Shown here piece by piece: positions 37,835 to 47,970 of a DNA stretch of 64,000 nt (position 1 is its first letter; the number at the start of each line of letters is the position of its first letter). Source of the DNA: a bacterium (lineage in GTDB: Bacteria > UBA8248); NCBI GenBank assembly GCA_963692865.2, contig OY843592.1, positions 2,144,001 through 2,208,000 of the forward strand. Reading direction: 5' to 3'. Position numbers and translations under genes: made by a program. The notes under the pieces were generated by a model. It made no database searches and was not told the origin of the DNA. It worked only from the letters and a program-made list of their open reading frames with translations.

Positions 37835-39547
37835 TTATTTTTTCTGCCTGCGTTTCCGGGTCGCGTCCTCGTCGACACGGAAGCCCGGCGCTTTCCCCAG
37901 AACCACGCCATAGAGAGCCTCGGCCGCCTTGGGCGAGACGAAGCCGCGCAGAACGTCGGCCCGCACTTCCTCGGGCGCGCGCTCGGTGGGGTCGCCCCAT
38001 CCGCCGCCGCCGGGGGTGGAGACGCGAATCGAATCGCCGTTCCCAAACGCCGTGGACGCGCCTACGGGGGGCGCCTGCGCGCTCTTCTTGCCGGAGAGGT
38101 GGCGCATTTCGTAAGGCTTTCCGGGCGATGCGCCCGCGCCGCCCGCGGGGCCGGCCTCCGCGCTTCCCGCCGCGCTCGCCGATACGCCGTCGATGAGCAT
38201 CCGGTATTCCCGGAACACGCCCAGACCGCCGCGCCGCGCGCCCGCGCCGCCCGAGTCCTGCGCCAGCCCCATCGACTCGACCCGCACCGGATAGCGCGCC
38301 TCCATCACCTCGACGGGCATGCCGCCGGTCGCGCCGAGCGGGGGAACGGCGGACGCCCCGTCTCCATTCATGTCCGCGCCCGCGCCTGCGCCCAGGGCTT
38401 CCCGCAGCAGGTGGAAGCCGCCTTTTTCGTCGTGTCCCCAGAAGCTGAGCGTCCGCAGGTTGTCGAAGCCGGCCGGCGTGCGTCCGCCCGAGGCCTCGAA
38501 CAGCGCTTCGCCGAACGCCGAGAGCAGCCTGCCGAGCGTGAGCGCCCTCAGGCCCGTCGGCGCGGGGAAGCGGGGGGTGAGTATGGTGCCGGGCTCGGGC
38601 AAGCGCACCTGGAATGCCCGCAAGGCCCCGTCGTTCAGGGGCGTCTCGCTCGCTTCATGCTGAAGGTGGAGCAGCATGGGGGCGAGGAGGCGAATCAGGA
38701 ACTGCGCGCCTTCTCCCTCGATAGGGCAGTTGATGGGGCCGCGCGCCTGGGGCGCCGCGTCGAGTTCGATGTGGAGAGCGTCTTTTCGCCGCGCCAGCGT
38801 GAGCGCGAGTTCGTGGGGGCCGTTCAAGCCGTCCGTTTCGACGGCGGCCTGCGCCGTCCAGCTTTTTTCGGGAAGCTGCGGGATGAGATGGCCGCGGAAC
38901 GCGAGTTCGCACTCTCTGAGGAGATCGGCGAAACACGCCAAAAGATTCTCCGCTCCGTAGCGCCGCGTCAGCTCTTTAAGCCGCGCCGCGCCGACGCGCA
39001 GCGCGCCGAGTTGCGCGTCGATGTCGTCGCCCAACAGATGGGCCTGGCGGCTGTTCCGCAGGAGCAGGGTCTTGATGTCCTGTATCGTTTCATCGCCGCG
39101 CGCGATGCGCACGGGCGGGATGAGGACGCCCTCGTGATAGCTCTCGCGCGAGCCGACGCTCGCCCCGCCGGGCAGCGCGCCGCCCAGATCGTCGTGGCGG
39201 CCCCGGACCTGCAGGAAGGCGATGAGCGCGCCGTCCGCGAACAGGGGCCGGGTGAGGCATAGCTCCGCGGCCTCGCCCAGTCCCGCAGGCGGCATGTAGG
39301 GGTCGTTGTGGAGAAAGACGTCGCCCTCGGCAGGCTCCGGATACGCGCGGATGACGGGCGCGGGGCCGGTGGCGAGCACACGGCCTGTAAGCGCGCGCCC
39401 GAATCGGTCGAACAGGCAGACCGAGAAATCGCCCGCGTCGCGCAGCGAGGGGCTTCGCCAGATGCGCGCGAGGAGGTCTTCGACTTCCTCCTCGACCGCG
39501 CGCAGCGCGCCCGCCAGAATTTCGCTCACGATGGGATTCGCGTTCAT
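37835..39547 (-). CDS. Hydantoinase B/oxoprolinase family protein (divergent)
   Basis: DFS..LFD, NDPY, EGVLIPP, PVEVMEARYP, DSGGAG..RGGLG, TPGGGGWGDP. Confidence 0.92.
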   Translation of the reverse strand: MNANPIVSEILAGALRAVEEEVEDLLARIWRSPSLRDAGDFSVCLFDRFGRALTGRVLATGPAPVIRAYPEPAEGDVFLHNDPYMPPAGLGEAAELCLTRPLFADGALIAFLQVRGRHDDLGGALPGGASVGSRESYHEGVLIPPVRIARGDETIQDIKTLLLRNSRQAHLLGDDIDAQLGALRVGAARLKELTRRYGAENLLACFADLLRECELAFRGHLIPQLPEKSWTAQAAVETDGLNGPHELALTLARRKDALHIELDAAPQARGPINCPIEGEGAQFLIRLLAPMLLHLQHEASETPLNDGALRAFQVRLPEPGTILTPRFPAPTGLRALTLGRLLSAFGEALFEASGGRTPAGFDNLRTLSFWGHDEKGGFHLLREALGAGAGADMNGDGASAVPPLGATGGMPVEVMEARYPVRVESMGLAQDSGGAGARRGGLGVFREYRMLIDGVSASAAGSAEAGPAGGAGASPGKPYEMRHLSGKKSAQAPPVGASTAFGNGDSIRVSTPGGGGWGDPTERAPEEVRADVLRGFVSPKAAEALYGVVLGKAPGFRVDEDATRKRRQKK

Positions 39548-41691
39548 CGCCAGGCCGCTCCCACGCCGTGATCGCCCGTCGGCCTGCCGGCGCGCTCGTC
39601 ACGCTCGAAGACTTCGGAGCGGAAGCGCATCACCAGGTTCCCGTACCTGTCCACGCGGGCTTCCTGCCTGGGGAAGATGGTCGTCGTGCTGCCGAAGCTC
39701 TCCACGATGGCCGGTCCGGGGATGTAGTTGCCCTCCAGCAGGCGCTCGCGGTAATAGACCGGCGTGTCGTGAAACCCGCCCAACTCCTTGAACCAGACGA
39801 GGCGCGCGCCCTTATAAGCCTCCTCGGGGCTGTCGTCGCCCGCCGGGATCAGAGGCAGGTTGGGCGGCTCCGTCATGCCTATGCCCAAGACGCGCAGGTG
39901 CGCGATCTCGACCGGACGGCTTCCCTTGTGGTTGTAGGTGTAGCGGCGCTGGTAGAGCGCGTGGAAGCGCTCGAAGGCCTCCGCCAGCACCGGCGGGGTG
40001 ATGTAGCCGCCGGGCACGTCCACCTCGATCTCGGTGGCCTCTCCCTGGTAGCGCATCTCGGCGGTTCGCCGCATCATCCGTCGGTGTTCCGGGATTCCCT
40101 CGCTTTCGAGGCCCGCCGCGGCCTGGGCTTCGAGTTTCTCATAGGCGTCGCCCAGGGCTTCGGGCCGGACGTTTTCTTCGGATTGATAGTGCGCCGCCGC
40201 GTGGTCGTTCACGAGGTCGACGACTTCCAGCCCGAAGGCGCTCGTCATGCCTGCGAAGGGCGGGACGATGACGGTGTCGATCTCGAGCAGTTCGGCCACG
40301 AGACCCGCCGTCAGCGGCCCCGAGCCGCCGAAGGCCATCAGGGCGAAGTTCTTGGGGGAGATGCCGCGCTGCACCGTCGCGCGGCGCACGGCGTGCGTCT
40401 GGTTCCATGCGGCGATCTCGATTACGCCCGAGGCCATCTCGTGGGGGTTCATGTCGAATCCGCGCGCCAGATCGCGCATGGCCTTCATGGCGAGCGCCTT
40501 GTTGAGCTTCACCTCGCCGCCCGCCAGATGGAGCGGGCTGCGCGCGAGGAGCAGGTTCGCGTCGGTGAGGGTGGGCTCCCGCCCGCCCTTCCCGTAGCAG
40601 ATGGGACCCGGGTCCGCGCCCGCGCTGCGGGGGCCGACGCGGAGCCTTCCCTCCGGGCTTCGCCAGGCGACCGACCCGCCGCCGGTGCCGATGGTGACGA
40701 CGTCGATCATCGGCATCCTCAGGTGAAACTCGTCGAGCTGGTGTCTGGTGGCGCGCTTGGCCTCGCCGCCCTCGACCACGGCGATGTCGGTCGAGGTGCC
40801 GCCGCCGTCCAGGGTGATGAGCCGCTCGTGGCCCGAGAGTTTCCCGAGAAACGCGGCGGAGAGCGCGCCCGCGGCCGGTCCCGAGAGCACGGTGCCTATC
40901 GGCCGCTTGGCGATTTCCGGCGCGGTGGAGACGCCGCCGTTGCTCTTCATGATCATGAAGGGCGCGCCGCCGAGTGTCTCCTCGATTTTCTTCGATGCTT
41001 TTTCGACGTAATCCTTGATGCGCGGCTTGATGCACGCGTCGAGAAGCGTTGTGATGGCGCGCTCGTACTCGCCGGGTTCGGGGATCACCTCGCTCGAAAT
41101 GCTCACGAAGCATTCGGGGTATTCGCGCTCGAAGGCTTCGAGAATCAATTCCTCGTGCGCCGGGTTGGCGTAGGCGTGGAGCAGGCAAACCCCCACGGCG
41201 CCGATTCGCCGCCCCTTGAACCACCTGGCGAGTCTGAGCGCGTCCTGTTCGCCCAGAGACTCCAGTACCTCGCCGGATGCGGAGATTCTCTCACCCGCCT
41301 CCCGGATACGTTCGGGGGGGACCAGCGCGTCGCGGGGCTTCTGGAGCAGGGGGGCGGCGTAGTTCGCCTTCGCCGCGCCGTTCGCGCCGCCGATCTCCAG
41401 CAGGTGGTGGAACCCGCCCGTTACGATGAAGCCCAGGTCCTCGAAGCGGCGCTCCAAAATCGCGTTCGTCGCCACCGTCGTGCCGTGAAACACGCCGTTC
41501 ACCATGGCGGGGCGGATCTTGGTCTCTGAGAGTATTTTCCTGATCCCCTGGATCAGGCCCTCGCTGAAGTCGGCGGGCGTCGTCGGCGTCTTGGTGGTGA
41601 AGACCTCGCCGGTGTCGGAGCGCACGCCGACCACGTCGGTGAACGTGCCGCCCGTGTCGATGCCGATGCGAAGTCCGCGTTTGGTCGTCAT
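39544..41691 (-). CDS. Hydantoinase A/oxoprolinase family protein
   Basis: IGIDTGGTFTD, HGTTVATNA, SGPAAG, GGTSTD, GPRSAGADPGP. Confidence 0.95.
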   Translation of the reverse strand: MTTKRGLRIGIDTGGTFTDVVGVRSDTGEVFTTKTPTTPADFSEGLIQGIRKILSETKIRPAMVNGVFHGTTVATNAILERRFEDLGFIVTGGFHHLLEIGGANGAAKANYAAPLLQKPRDALVPPERIREAGERISASGEVLESLGEQDALRLARWFKGRRIGAVGVCLLHAYANPAHEELILEAFEREYPECFVSISSEVIPEPGEYERAITTLLDACIKPRIKDYVEKASKKIEETLGGAPFMIMKSNGGVSTAPEIAKRPIGTVLSGPAAGALSAAFLGKLSGHERLITLDGGGTSTDIAVVEGGEAKRATRHQLDEFHLRMPMIDVVTIGTGGGSVAWRSPEGRLRVGPRSAGADPGPICYGKGGREPTLTDANLLLARSPLHLAGGEVKLNKALAMKAMRDLARGFDMNPHEMASGVIEIAAWNQTHAVRRATVQRGISPKNFALMAFGGSGPLTAGLVAELLEIDTVIVPPFAGMTSAFGLEVVDLVNDHAAAHYQSEENVRPEALGDAYEKLEAQAAAGLESEGIPEHRRMMRRTAEMRYQGEATEIEVDVPGGYITPPVLAEAFERFHALYQRRYTYNHKGSRPVEIAHLRVLGIGMTEPPNLPLIPAGDDSPEEAYKGARLVWFKELGGFHDTPVYYRERLLEGNYIPGPAIVESFGSTTTIFPRQEARVDRYGNLVMRFRSEVFERDERAGRPTGDHGVGAAWR

Positions 41692-41708
41692 GGCTTGAGG
41701 GTTCCCGC

Positions 41709-42134
41709 CTAGCGCGTGAAAAGGTATGCAGCCAGGGCGGCGCAGACGAGCCCGCCCACCTTGGCGGGCGTGAAGCCCTCGCCCAGATAGATCGCCGCCA
41801 GAATCGCCGTGACGCCCGGATAAAGCGCCGAAAGCGCCACCACGCCCGCCGTCTGGCCTTCCGCCTTCGAGAGGGCCAGCACCAGAAAGAGCATGGCCAG
41901 CAGGGTGGCCACCGTGGCGGCCACGGGCAGCCACATGACGTCCCAACGCATCGGTGGCAGCGGGAACTGCCTGCTCACGACGGCGATCACGACGACGACG
42001 GCGGTCGTGACGCCCATTCCCATCAGGTGCGGCATGGCGCCCAGGCGCTCCTGGCCCATCTTCATGAAGAACCCCCAGACGCCGAAACACAGGACGGCGA
42101 GCAGGGTGAGACTCAAGGCGGTCGTATTCATCAT
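41709..42134 (-). CDS. EamA/DMT family transporter, single domain
   Basis: 5 TM segments, ALYP.VTAILA..YLGE. Confidence 0.85.
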   Translation of the reverse strand: MMNTTALSLTLLAVLCFGVWGFFMKMGQERLGAMPHLMGMGVTTAVVVVIAVVSRQFPLPPMRWDVMWLPVAATVATLLAMLFLVLALSKAEGQTAGVVALSALYPGVTAILAAIYLGEGFTPAKVGGLVCAALAAYLFTR

Positions 42135-42328
42135 GAACTCCCCGAGAAAATGTTTTTCGCGCGCGGCGGGCCGCATCCGCCCAGCAAGACGGACTTCCGG
42201 CGGACGCGCCGCAAAGCGGCTTTATACAGCAAGATAGGGACGAGGAAAAGATGAGGATTTCGTGATTTTGTGAAAAAAGGAGTGAAAAAGCGCTCGCCAT
42301 TCGATGCGGCGATGCAATCGCCCGGCAA

Positions 42329-43000
42329 GGGGGTTGTTGAAAAACCCCTCCTCGCTCGGAATTGACCACCGCCGTCATTCCGGCGAAAGCCGGAATCCAT
42401 TTTCAAGCAGAATGACAATACTTCGGCTTTTCATCTCCTCGTCATTGGCGGGAGCCAATCAGGAAAAAACAAAGGCAAAACAAACAAATGGATTCCGGCT
42501 TTCGCCGGAATGACGAACAAAACCGAACCGCCTCGAAAGGACAGGCCGCGACCTCGAAAAGGCGAAAGGGCCTGTCCGCTACGCACCCCCTCCCCGGTTG
42601 GTTCCATTCACCAAATCACGAAAACGGACTTTTTCAACAACCCCTTGAGGGTCGGGCTTCCCGAGGGGAAAGCCCGACGATGAAGCCGAGCGGTTTGTGC
42701 GAAGGCTGAATCGGTGGGGGGTAAAATGCGTTTTATCGCCATTCCGAATTATACCCCCCACCAACTCGCCTGCGGGCTTCGCCCTTGCCTCGTTGTCGGG
42801 CTTTCCCCTCGGGAAGCCCGACCCTCAAGGGGGGAGTGAAATTCAGCGCGCTCCCTTTGTTGGGCTTTTTCAACAAGCCCGACAAGGGGGGAGTGGTTCC
42901 TCCATTCTCCTCGGTCGGTAATGCTGTTCAAGGACGAAGTCCGCAACCGAGCCATTTATGGTCAACTCCAAGCGAGGAGGGATTTTTCAACAACCCCGTT
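42329..43000. repeat. MITE / palindrome cluster
   Basis: GGGGTTGTTGAAAAA ends, GTCATTCCGGCGAAAGCCGGAATCC pair, CCCCTTGAGGG...CCCTCAAGGGGGG element nearly identical to 37580-37760. Confidence 0.85.
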
Positions 43001-43080
43001 TCGCGCGGCTGGCGGTTTTGATAGATTCCCGATGTCGGGTGAAGCAATACAATTTTCCGTCATACGCCCAGGATGCTTCC

Positions 43081-43938
43081 ATGCAGATCACGCCGCGCGT
43101 ACATTGCCTCTGGCTGGAATTCGAAATCAAGACGCCCGCGGGCGAGCGGATTCCCCGGTTCGTCACGTCCTACGTCCTCGCGGGCGATACGCTCACCCTG
43201 ATCGACACGGGCGTCGCCGCAACCGCGCCGGATATTTACGCCTACGTCGAATCCATCGGCAGGAAGCCCGAGGAGATTGCGCGCGTCCTGCTCACGCACT
43301 CCCATTTCGACCACATCGGCGGAAACGGCCTGATCGCCGAGCGGGCGGGACCTGAATTTTTCGGCCCTGAGGCGGAGAGGCGGATGATCGAGGATCTGGA
43401 TTACCAGCACAGGGTCCGCCCGGTGGGGAGGATGCGCGATGCGGTGTCGGGCCCCGTGAAGCTCGCCGGTTTTCTCGCCGCAGGCGATGAGATATCGCCG
43501 GGCGGCGTGGCGGTTCGGGTGATTCACACGCCGGGGCATTCGGCGGGGAGCCTCTCTTTCTTCATCCCAGAGGACGGCGCGCTCATCTCAGGCGACGTGC
43601 TGCCCGAACCCGGCACGCTGCCGATTTACGAGAGCGTGGCGGACACGCTGGCGAGTCTTGAAAGGCTCAAGGCGCTTGGTGGCGTGAGCGTCCTGCTCTC
43701 CGCCATGAGCCGGAAAGTCTCGCGTGATGAGGGGGTATCACGACACATCGAAAGCGGGGCGGGGTATCTCAAGGAAATCGACGCGCTGGTGCGGGAGGCC
43801 GCAGCGCAGAAGGGGAGGGACGTTTCGCCCCAGGAGGCGGCGGAGTTCGTTTTCGAGCGGTTGAACCTCCCGCGCGCCGGCCTGATCCCCGTCGTCCTGC
43901 GCAGCATGAAGGCCCATCTGGACGAGGGGCCGATATAA
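43081..43938 (+). CDS. MBL-fold metallo-hydrolase
   Basis: LIDTG, THSHFDHIGG, TPGHS.GS, ISGD. Confidence 0.92.
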   Translation: MQITPRVHCLWLEFEIKTPAGERIPRFVTSYVLAGDTLTLIDTGVAATAPDIYAYVESIGRKPEEIARVLLTHSHFDHIGGNGLIAERAGPEFFGPEAERRMIEDLDYQHRVRPVGRMRDAVSGPVKLAGFLAAGDEISPGGVAVRVIHTPGHSAGSLSFFIPEDGALISGDVLPEPGTLPIYESVADTLASLERLKALGGVSVLLSAMSRKVSRDEGVSRHIESGAGYLKEIDALVREAAAQKGRDVSPQEAAEFVFERLNLPRAGLIPVVLRSMKAHLDEGPI

Positions 43939-43980
43939 TAATATGCGTTTTCCGACACCTGACACACGAGGAGCCTGGGC

Positions 43981-45270
43981 TTGAGCCTGCACCTGTACTT
44001 GAGGAGTTTCGAGACGCCGCTCGGCGAGAGGGGAAAAGACGACCTCTGGCGCGAGAAGAGAGACATGCTCGACGACGCAGCCGGGTGCGCCGAACTGATA
44101 GCGCGCTACCAGGACGGGCCGGGCGAGCCCTGGTTCGCGGCGGAGCGCGCGGACGTCGCCGGGATGGCGGCGAAACTCGCGGCGGCGGAGGGGAAGGAGC
44201 ACGTCGTCGTCGTCGGAAACGGGGGGTCGATACGGAACGTATGGGCGCTCTATCTGGCGTTCTCAGAGCGTGGATTCGCCCGAAAGCTGCACCTGCTCGA
44301 CGGCACGGACATGAGCGGGTTGTTGGGAGAACTCCTGAGCGAAGGCGGCGCGTTGAATCAGGAGAGCACGCTCATCGTCCCCGTGAGCAAGTCCGGCGAG
44401 ACCGAGAACGTGATTCAGGAGACGGCCCTCCTGATGGAGCGCGGCTATCCGGCGCTTGCGATCACCTCATCCGGCCCGAGCAAGCTGGCCGGGATGGTCA
44501 ATGAGGCGAATCTCGAGGTCTTCCCGCATCCCGACGAGGTGGGCGGGCGCTTCACCGCCGCGCAGAACAACGCGCTCCTGCCCCTCGCGATGCTGGACGG
44601 GAACACCGCCCTGGCCTGCGAGATAGACTTAAGCTTCGCCGCCGCCCACGAGAAACTTAATACTTCCGCGCCCCTGAGCGGGAACATGGCGAAGCGTCTC
44701 GCGCTCGGACTCTGGCGGGCGGAGAGAGCCGGCTACACGGAGGTCTTCATGCCGATTTACGCCCATGCGCTATCGGGCGCGGGGGAGCTCATCGTGCAGC
44801 TCGTGCATGAGAGCTACTGCAAGGCAGGGCGGGGGCAGACGATTCTCGCAGCGGGCGCGCCCGAGAGCCAGCACCACACGAACCAGAGGTATTTCGGCGG
44901 GCGGGAGAACGTGGTGGGGCTGTCTATATGCGTCGGGAGCTTCGGGGCGGATGAGGCCCTCGCGGGCGGGGTTTCCTGTACGGAGTTTTTGCAGATGGAG
45001 CACGCGGGCGTCGCCGCGGAAGCCGAGCGCAGGGGGACGCCCCACATGGTGTTGACGCTCGATTCCCTCGCCGTCCCCGACGTGTGCGGCCTGATCGCGC
45101 TCTGGCAGTGGGCGGCGGTCTACGGCGGTCTCCTTCGCGGGGTGAACCCCTTCGATCAGCCCGCGGTGGAGGGCAGCAAGCAGGCCACGATCCGGATGTT
45201 CGAGAATTTTGATGAGGAGACGAAGGCGAGTCTCACGCGGTTTACCCGGGATGCGGGGTATCGGTTGTAG
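43981..45270 (+). CDS. Glucose-6-phosphate isomerase-like SIS protein
   Basis: GNGGS, SKSGET.E, VGGRFT, SQH, VNPFDQPAVEGSK. Confidence 0.85.
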   Translation: MSLHLYLRSFETPLGERGKDDLWREKRDMLDDAAGCAELIARYQDGPGEPWFAAERADVAGMAAKLAAAEGKEHVVVVGNGGSIRNVWALYLAFSERGFARKLHLLDGTDMSGLLGELLSEGGALNQESTLIVPVSKSGETENVIQETALLMERGYPALAITSSGPSKLAGMVNEANLEVFPHPDEVGGRFTAAQNNALLPLAMLDGNTALACEIDLSFAAAHEKLNTSAPLSGNMAKRLALGLWRAERAGYTEVFMPIYAHALSGAGELIVQLVHESYCKAGRGQTILAAGAPESQHHTNQRYFGGRENVVGLSICVGSFGADEALAGGVSCTEFLQMEHAGVAAEAERRGTPHMVLTLDSLAVPDVCGLIALWQWAAVYGGLLRGVNPFDQPAVEGSKQATIRMFENFDEETKASLTRFTRDAGYRL

Positions 45271-45965
45271 GGGCGAAATGAAGAACTATAGCAGGGGCAG
45301 GCCCCCGCGCCTGTCCGGGGTCGCGACCTGCCCCTACGGATGAAACCATCTCGCATTCATTGAAACCGAGCCCGTAGGGACAACCCTCCGTGGTTGTCCC
45401 CTTTTCGAATGGACGACATCGGACAGGCACGGGGGCCTGTCCCTACAGAAGAGCTACGACTTTACGCAATCTTTTCCTCACCAACCGGAATTAACCACAA
45501 AAAGTCGTCATTCCGGCGCATGAGCAGTTTTGACATTCACTCCCCCCTTGGGGGTCGGTCTCCCTTGGGGAAGACCGACGGTGAGGTGAGGGGGTTTTCC
45601 CCCGAAACCGAACCGGTGGGGGGAGATTTTCATTTAGAATCGTCCCCCCACGCATCAGCCTTCGCACAAACCGCTCGGCTTCCGCTACTCCCCCTCAAGG
45701 GGTTGTTGAAAAAGCCGGAGAGAGACAATTTGTTTGTAGGTCAGACATATATGTCTGACATATCATGCGACCCTGATTTTCGCCTCCACAAGGCGGGCCG
45801 CATGATATGCGGCCCCTACAAAAACCGTTCCTCCCCGGTCAGGTGAAACATTCGTTCATCAGGACTTTTTCAACAGCCCCCTCAAGGGGGGAGTGAAATT
45901 CAAAAGCGTACACGCAACCCAAAATCGCTTCCCGGGGCTTTTCCACTCCCCACATGCGACCCCTA
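45267..45965. mobile_element. REP cluster plus MITE (45699-45880) nested in a hairpin element
   Basis: CTCAA|GGGGTTGTTGAAAAA ... TTTTTCAACAGCCCC|CTCAA; GTAGGGACAACC and CTGTCCCTAC palindromes. Confidence 0.85.
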
Positions 45966-46003
45966 CAATTTGGATGACAACCTCTCCGCCCTGCGCTCCA
46001 GGG

Positions 46004-46945
46004 CTACTCCTCCCCCCGCTTCGGCGCCTTCAAGGGCAGCCCCAGCACGCGGGCGGGGTTCTTGTGGAGCATCGTCTCTATCTCGCGGGGCTTGATTCCG
46101 TTCTCGAGCAAGAGCTGAACGAACACGCGCAGGCCCTCCCAGGGGGGCGCGTTGTGTAGCTGTCCCAGGTCGGTGGAGAGGATCGTGCGCGCGGGGCCGA
46201 CGGCCTTCACCATCTTCGCCTGCTCGCGCACGGAGATGGGCGGGGCGTTCTCATCCGTGGGGTATGCGCCCCAATGCGTGAAGCAGAAGATCGCCAGATG
46301 CTCGATGTAGGCCCCCATTTTTGCGAACTCCACCTGTTCTTCTATGGAGGCGTCCACGATGTACTCGGGATGCTGCACGATGATGTGCTTCACGCCCTCT
46401 TCTTTCGCGAGGGGGATGAGCGCGCGCACCTCCTCCACGTCCAGGTGCCCCGTGCTCAGGCAGATTCCCGCATCGGCGATGAGCTTGCAGATCGTCCTCA
46501 CATCAGGATGTATTTTCGTGCGCTTCTTGTCGGAGAAGATGGTGAGTCCCTGCTCTTTAAGCTTGACGCCCCTGGTCTGCTTCATACCCGGGAAATGCGG
46601 CGCGCCGAGTTTTTGGAGATGGTTTTTTGAACTGATGGTGGGCATCCACACCATCTTGGCCCCCATCTTGATGGCGGTGTCCACCGCGAAGGGGTTGAAC
46701 CCGCCCACCGGGCTGTTGAGCGCGACCCCCCCGTAGATTTCGATGGCGTCGCCCATCACCTCGCGCACGATGGGGATGCGGCCCGACGTGTCGCCGTGGT
46801 GAATCTTGAACACCACGCCGCGCATGCCCACCGACGCCGCCCCGCGCGCGCACTCGATGTGGTCGCAGACGCGCGGGAACAGGCTGGGCGATGCGTGGAT
46901 GTGGGTGTCGATCGCGCCGTGAAGCAGCCTCTGGTCTTCTCTCAT
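46004..46945 (-). CDS. Amidohydrolase superfamily protein (DUF6282-like)
   Basis: AIDTHIH..P, KIHH, WMPT, TGH, STDLGQ, NPARVLG. Confidence 0.82.
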   Translation of the reverse strand: MREDQRLLHGAIDTHIHASPSLFPRVCDHIECARGAASVGMRGVVFKIHHGDTSGRIPIVREVMGDAIEIYGGVALNSPVGGFNPFAVDTAIKMGAKMVWMPTISSKNHLQKLGAPHFPGMKQTRGVKLKEQGLTIFSDKKRTKIHPDVRTICKLIADAGICLSTGHLDVEEVRALIPLAKEEGVKHIIVQHPEYIVDASIEEQVEFAKMGAYIEHLAIFCFTHWGAYPTDENAPPISVREQAKMVKAVGPARTILSTDLGQLHNAPPWEGLRVFVQLLLENGIKPREIETMLHKNPARVLGLPLKAPKRGEE

Positions 46946-47135
46946 ACTGTTCCTTTCCGAATTTTGTGTGGCCTATTCGTTAAAGCTACAGAATTGCCGT
47001 CGTTCGGGCAACGCGATTCGCTCTTTCACCCCACAGGCGTTGCGGCTATAGTATCCGCCGTTCCCATTAGAATGAACGAGCGCAGGACAGCGATTCAATA
47101 TTGATGAAATTCTTGAATGAAAGGAGCAGCGCAGG

Positions 47136-47945
47136 ATGAAAATCGGTTATGTGGTTGCAACCCCCGACGTGACGACGCCGCTCATGCCCGCGGTGCGCGG
47201 CGCGTTCCGGGACAATCTCATGTTTTTGAGGGATTTGGGCTTCGACGGCGTGGAGCTCGCGACGCGCGACGCGGAGGCATTCGATCGCGACGAGCTTCGC
47301 CGCACGCTCGAGGAAACGGGTCTCGAAGTCTCCCTCATCGGCACGGCGCCGATCTCCTATCAGGACGAGATCGAAATCTGCCACGCAGACGCCGACGTGC
47401 GCGCCGAGGCTATCGAGCGCCTTTTCGGCCACATCGACTTAGGGGGCGAACTCGGCTGTCCGGTGAACATCGGCCGCTTCCGGGGGAATTTTCTGGAAGA
47501 CGAGCGAAGGGCGGCGTCCGAAACCTGGATGTGGGACGGACTGCGCGCGGGCGCTGACAGGGCGGGGGAGCGCGGCATCAAGATGCTCTTCGAGCCGCAC
47601 CACCGCTTCAACACGAACTTCGTGCGCTCGACGAGAGAGGGTCTCGCGTTTCTCGACGAGATGGACCACGAGGCGGTGGGTTTCCTGATCGACAGCTTCC
47701 ACATGAACATCGAGGACGCCTCTTTCTCGGGCGCGATCCGCGAGGCGGGCGACAGGATCGACTACTTCCACGTCGCCGACAACATGCGCACCTACCCGGG
47801 TTCGGGCCACATTCCCTTCGACGAGATTATCGGAGCACTCAAGGAGGTGGGCTATGCGGGCTTTCTCTCGGCCCAGCTCGCCCAGAAGCCCGACTTCGAG
47901 ACGGCGGCGACGAAGACGATAGAGTATCTGAGAGCGCGGTTGTAG
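47136..47945 (+). CDS. Sugar phosphate isomerase/epimerase (xylose isomerase-like TIM barrel)
   Basis: GFDGVEL, FEP, DSFHMNIED, HVADN.R..PGSGH. Confidence 0.88.
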   Translation: MKIGYVVATPDVTTPLMPAVRGAFRDNLMFLRDLGFDGVELATRDAEAFDRDELRRTLEETGLEVSLIGTAPISYQDEIEICHADADVRAEAIERLFGHIDLGGELGCPVNIGRFRGNFLEDERRAASETWMWDGLRAGADRAGERGIKMLFEPHHRFNTNFVRSTREGLAFLDEMDHEAVGFLIDSFHMNIEDASFSGAIREAGDRIDYFHVADNMRTYPGSGHIPFDEIIGALKEVGYAGFLSAQLAQKPDFETAATKTIEYLRARL

Positions 47946-47970
47946 GGATCGGGATTTTGGAGATGAAACG

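Noticed and set aside
41692-42378. N-terminal extension making hydantoinase A 944 aa
   Set aside because: Overlaps the EamA gene and a MITE; homology starts at MTTKRGLRIGIDTGG
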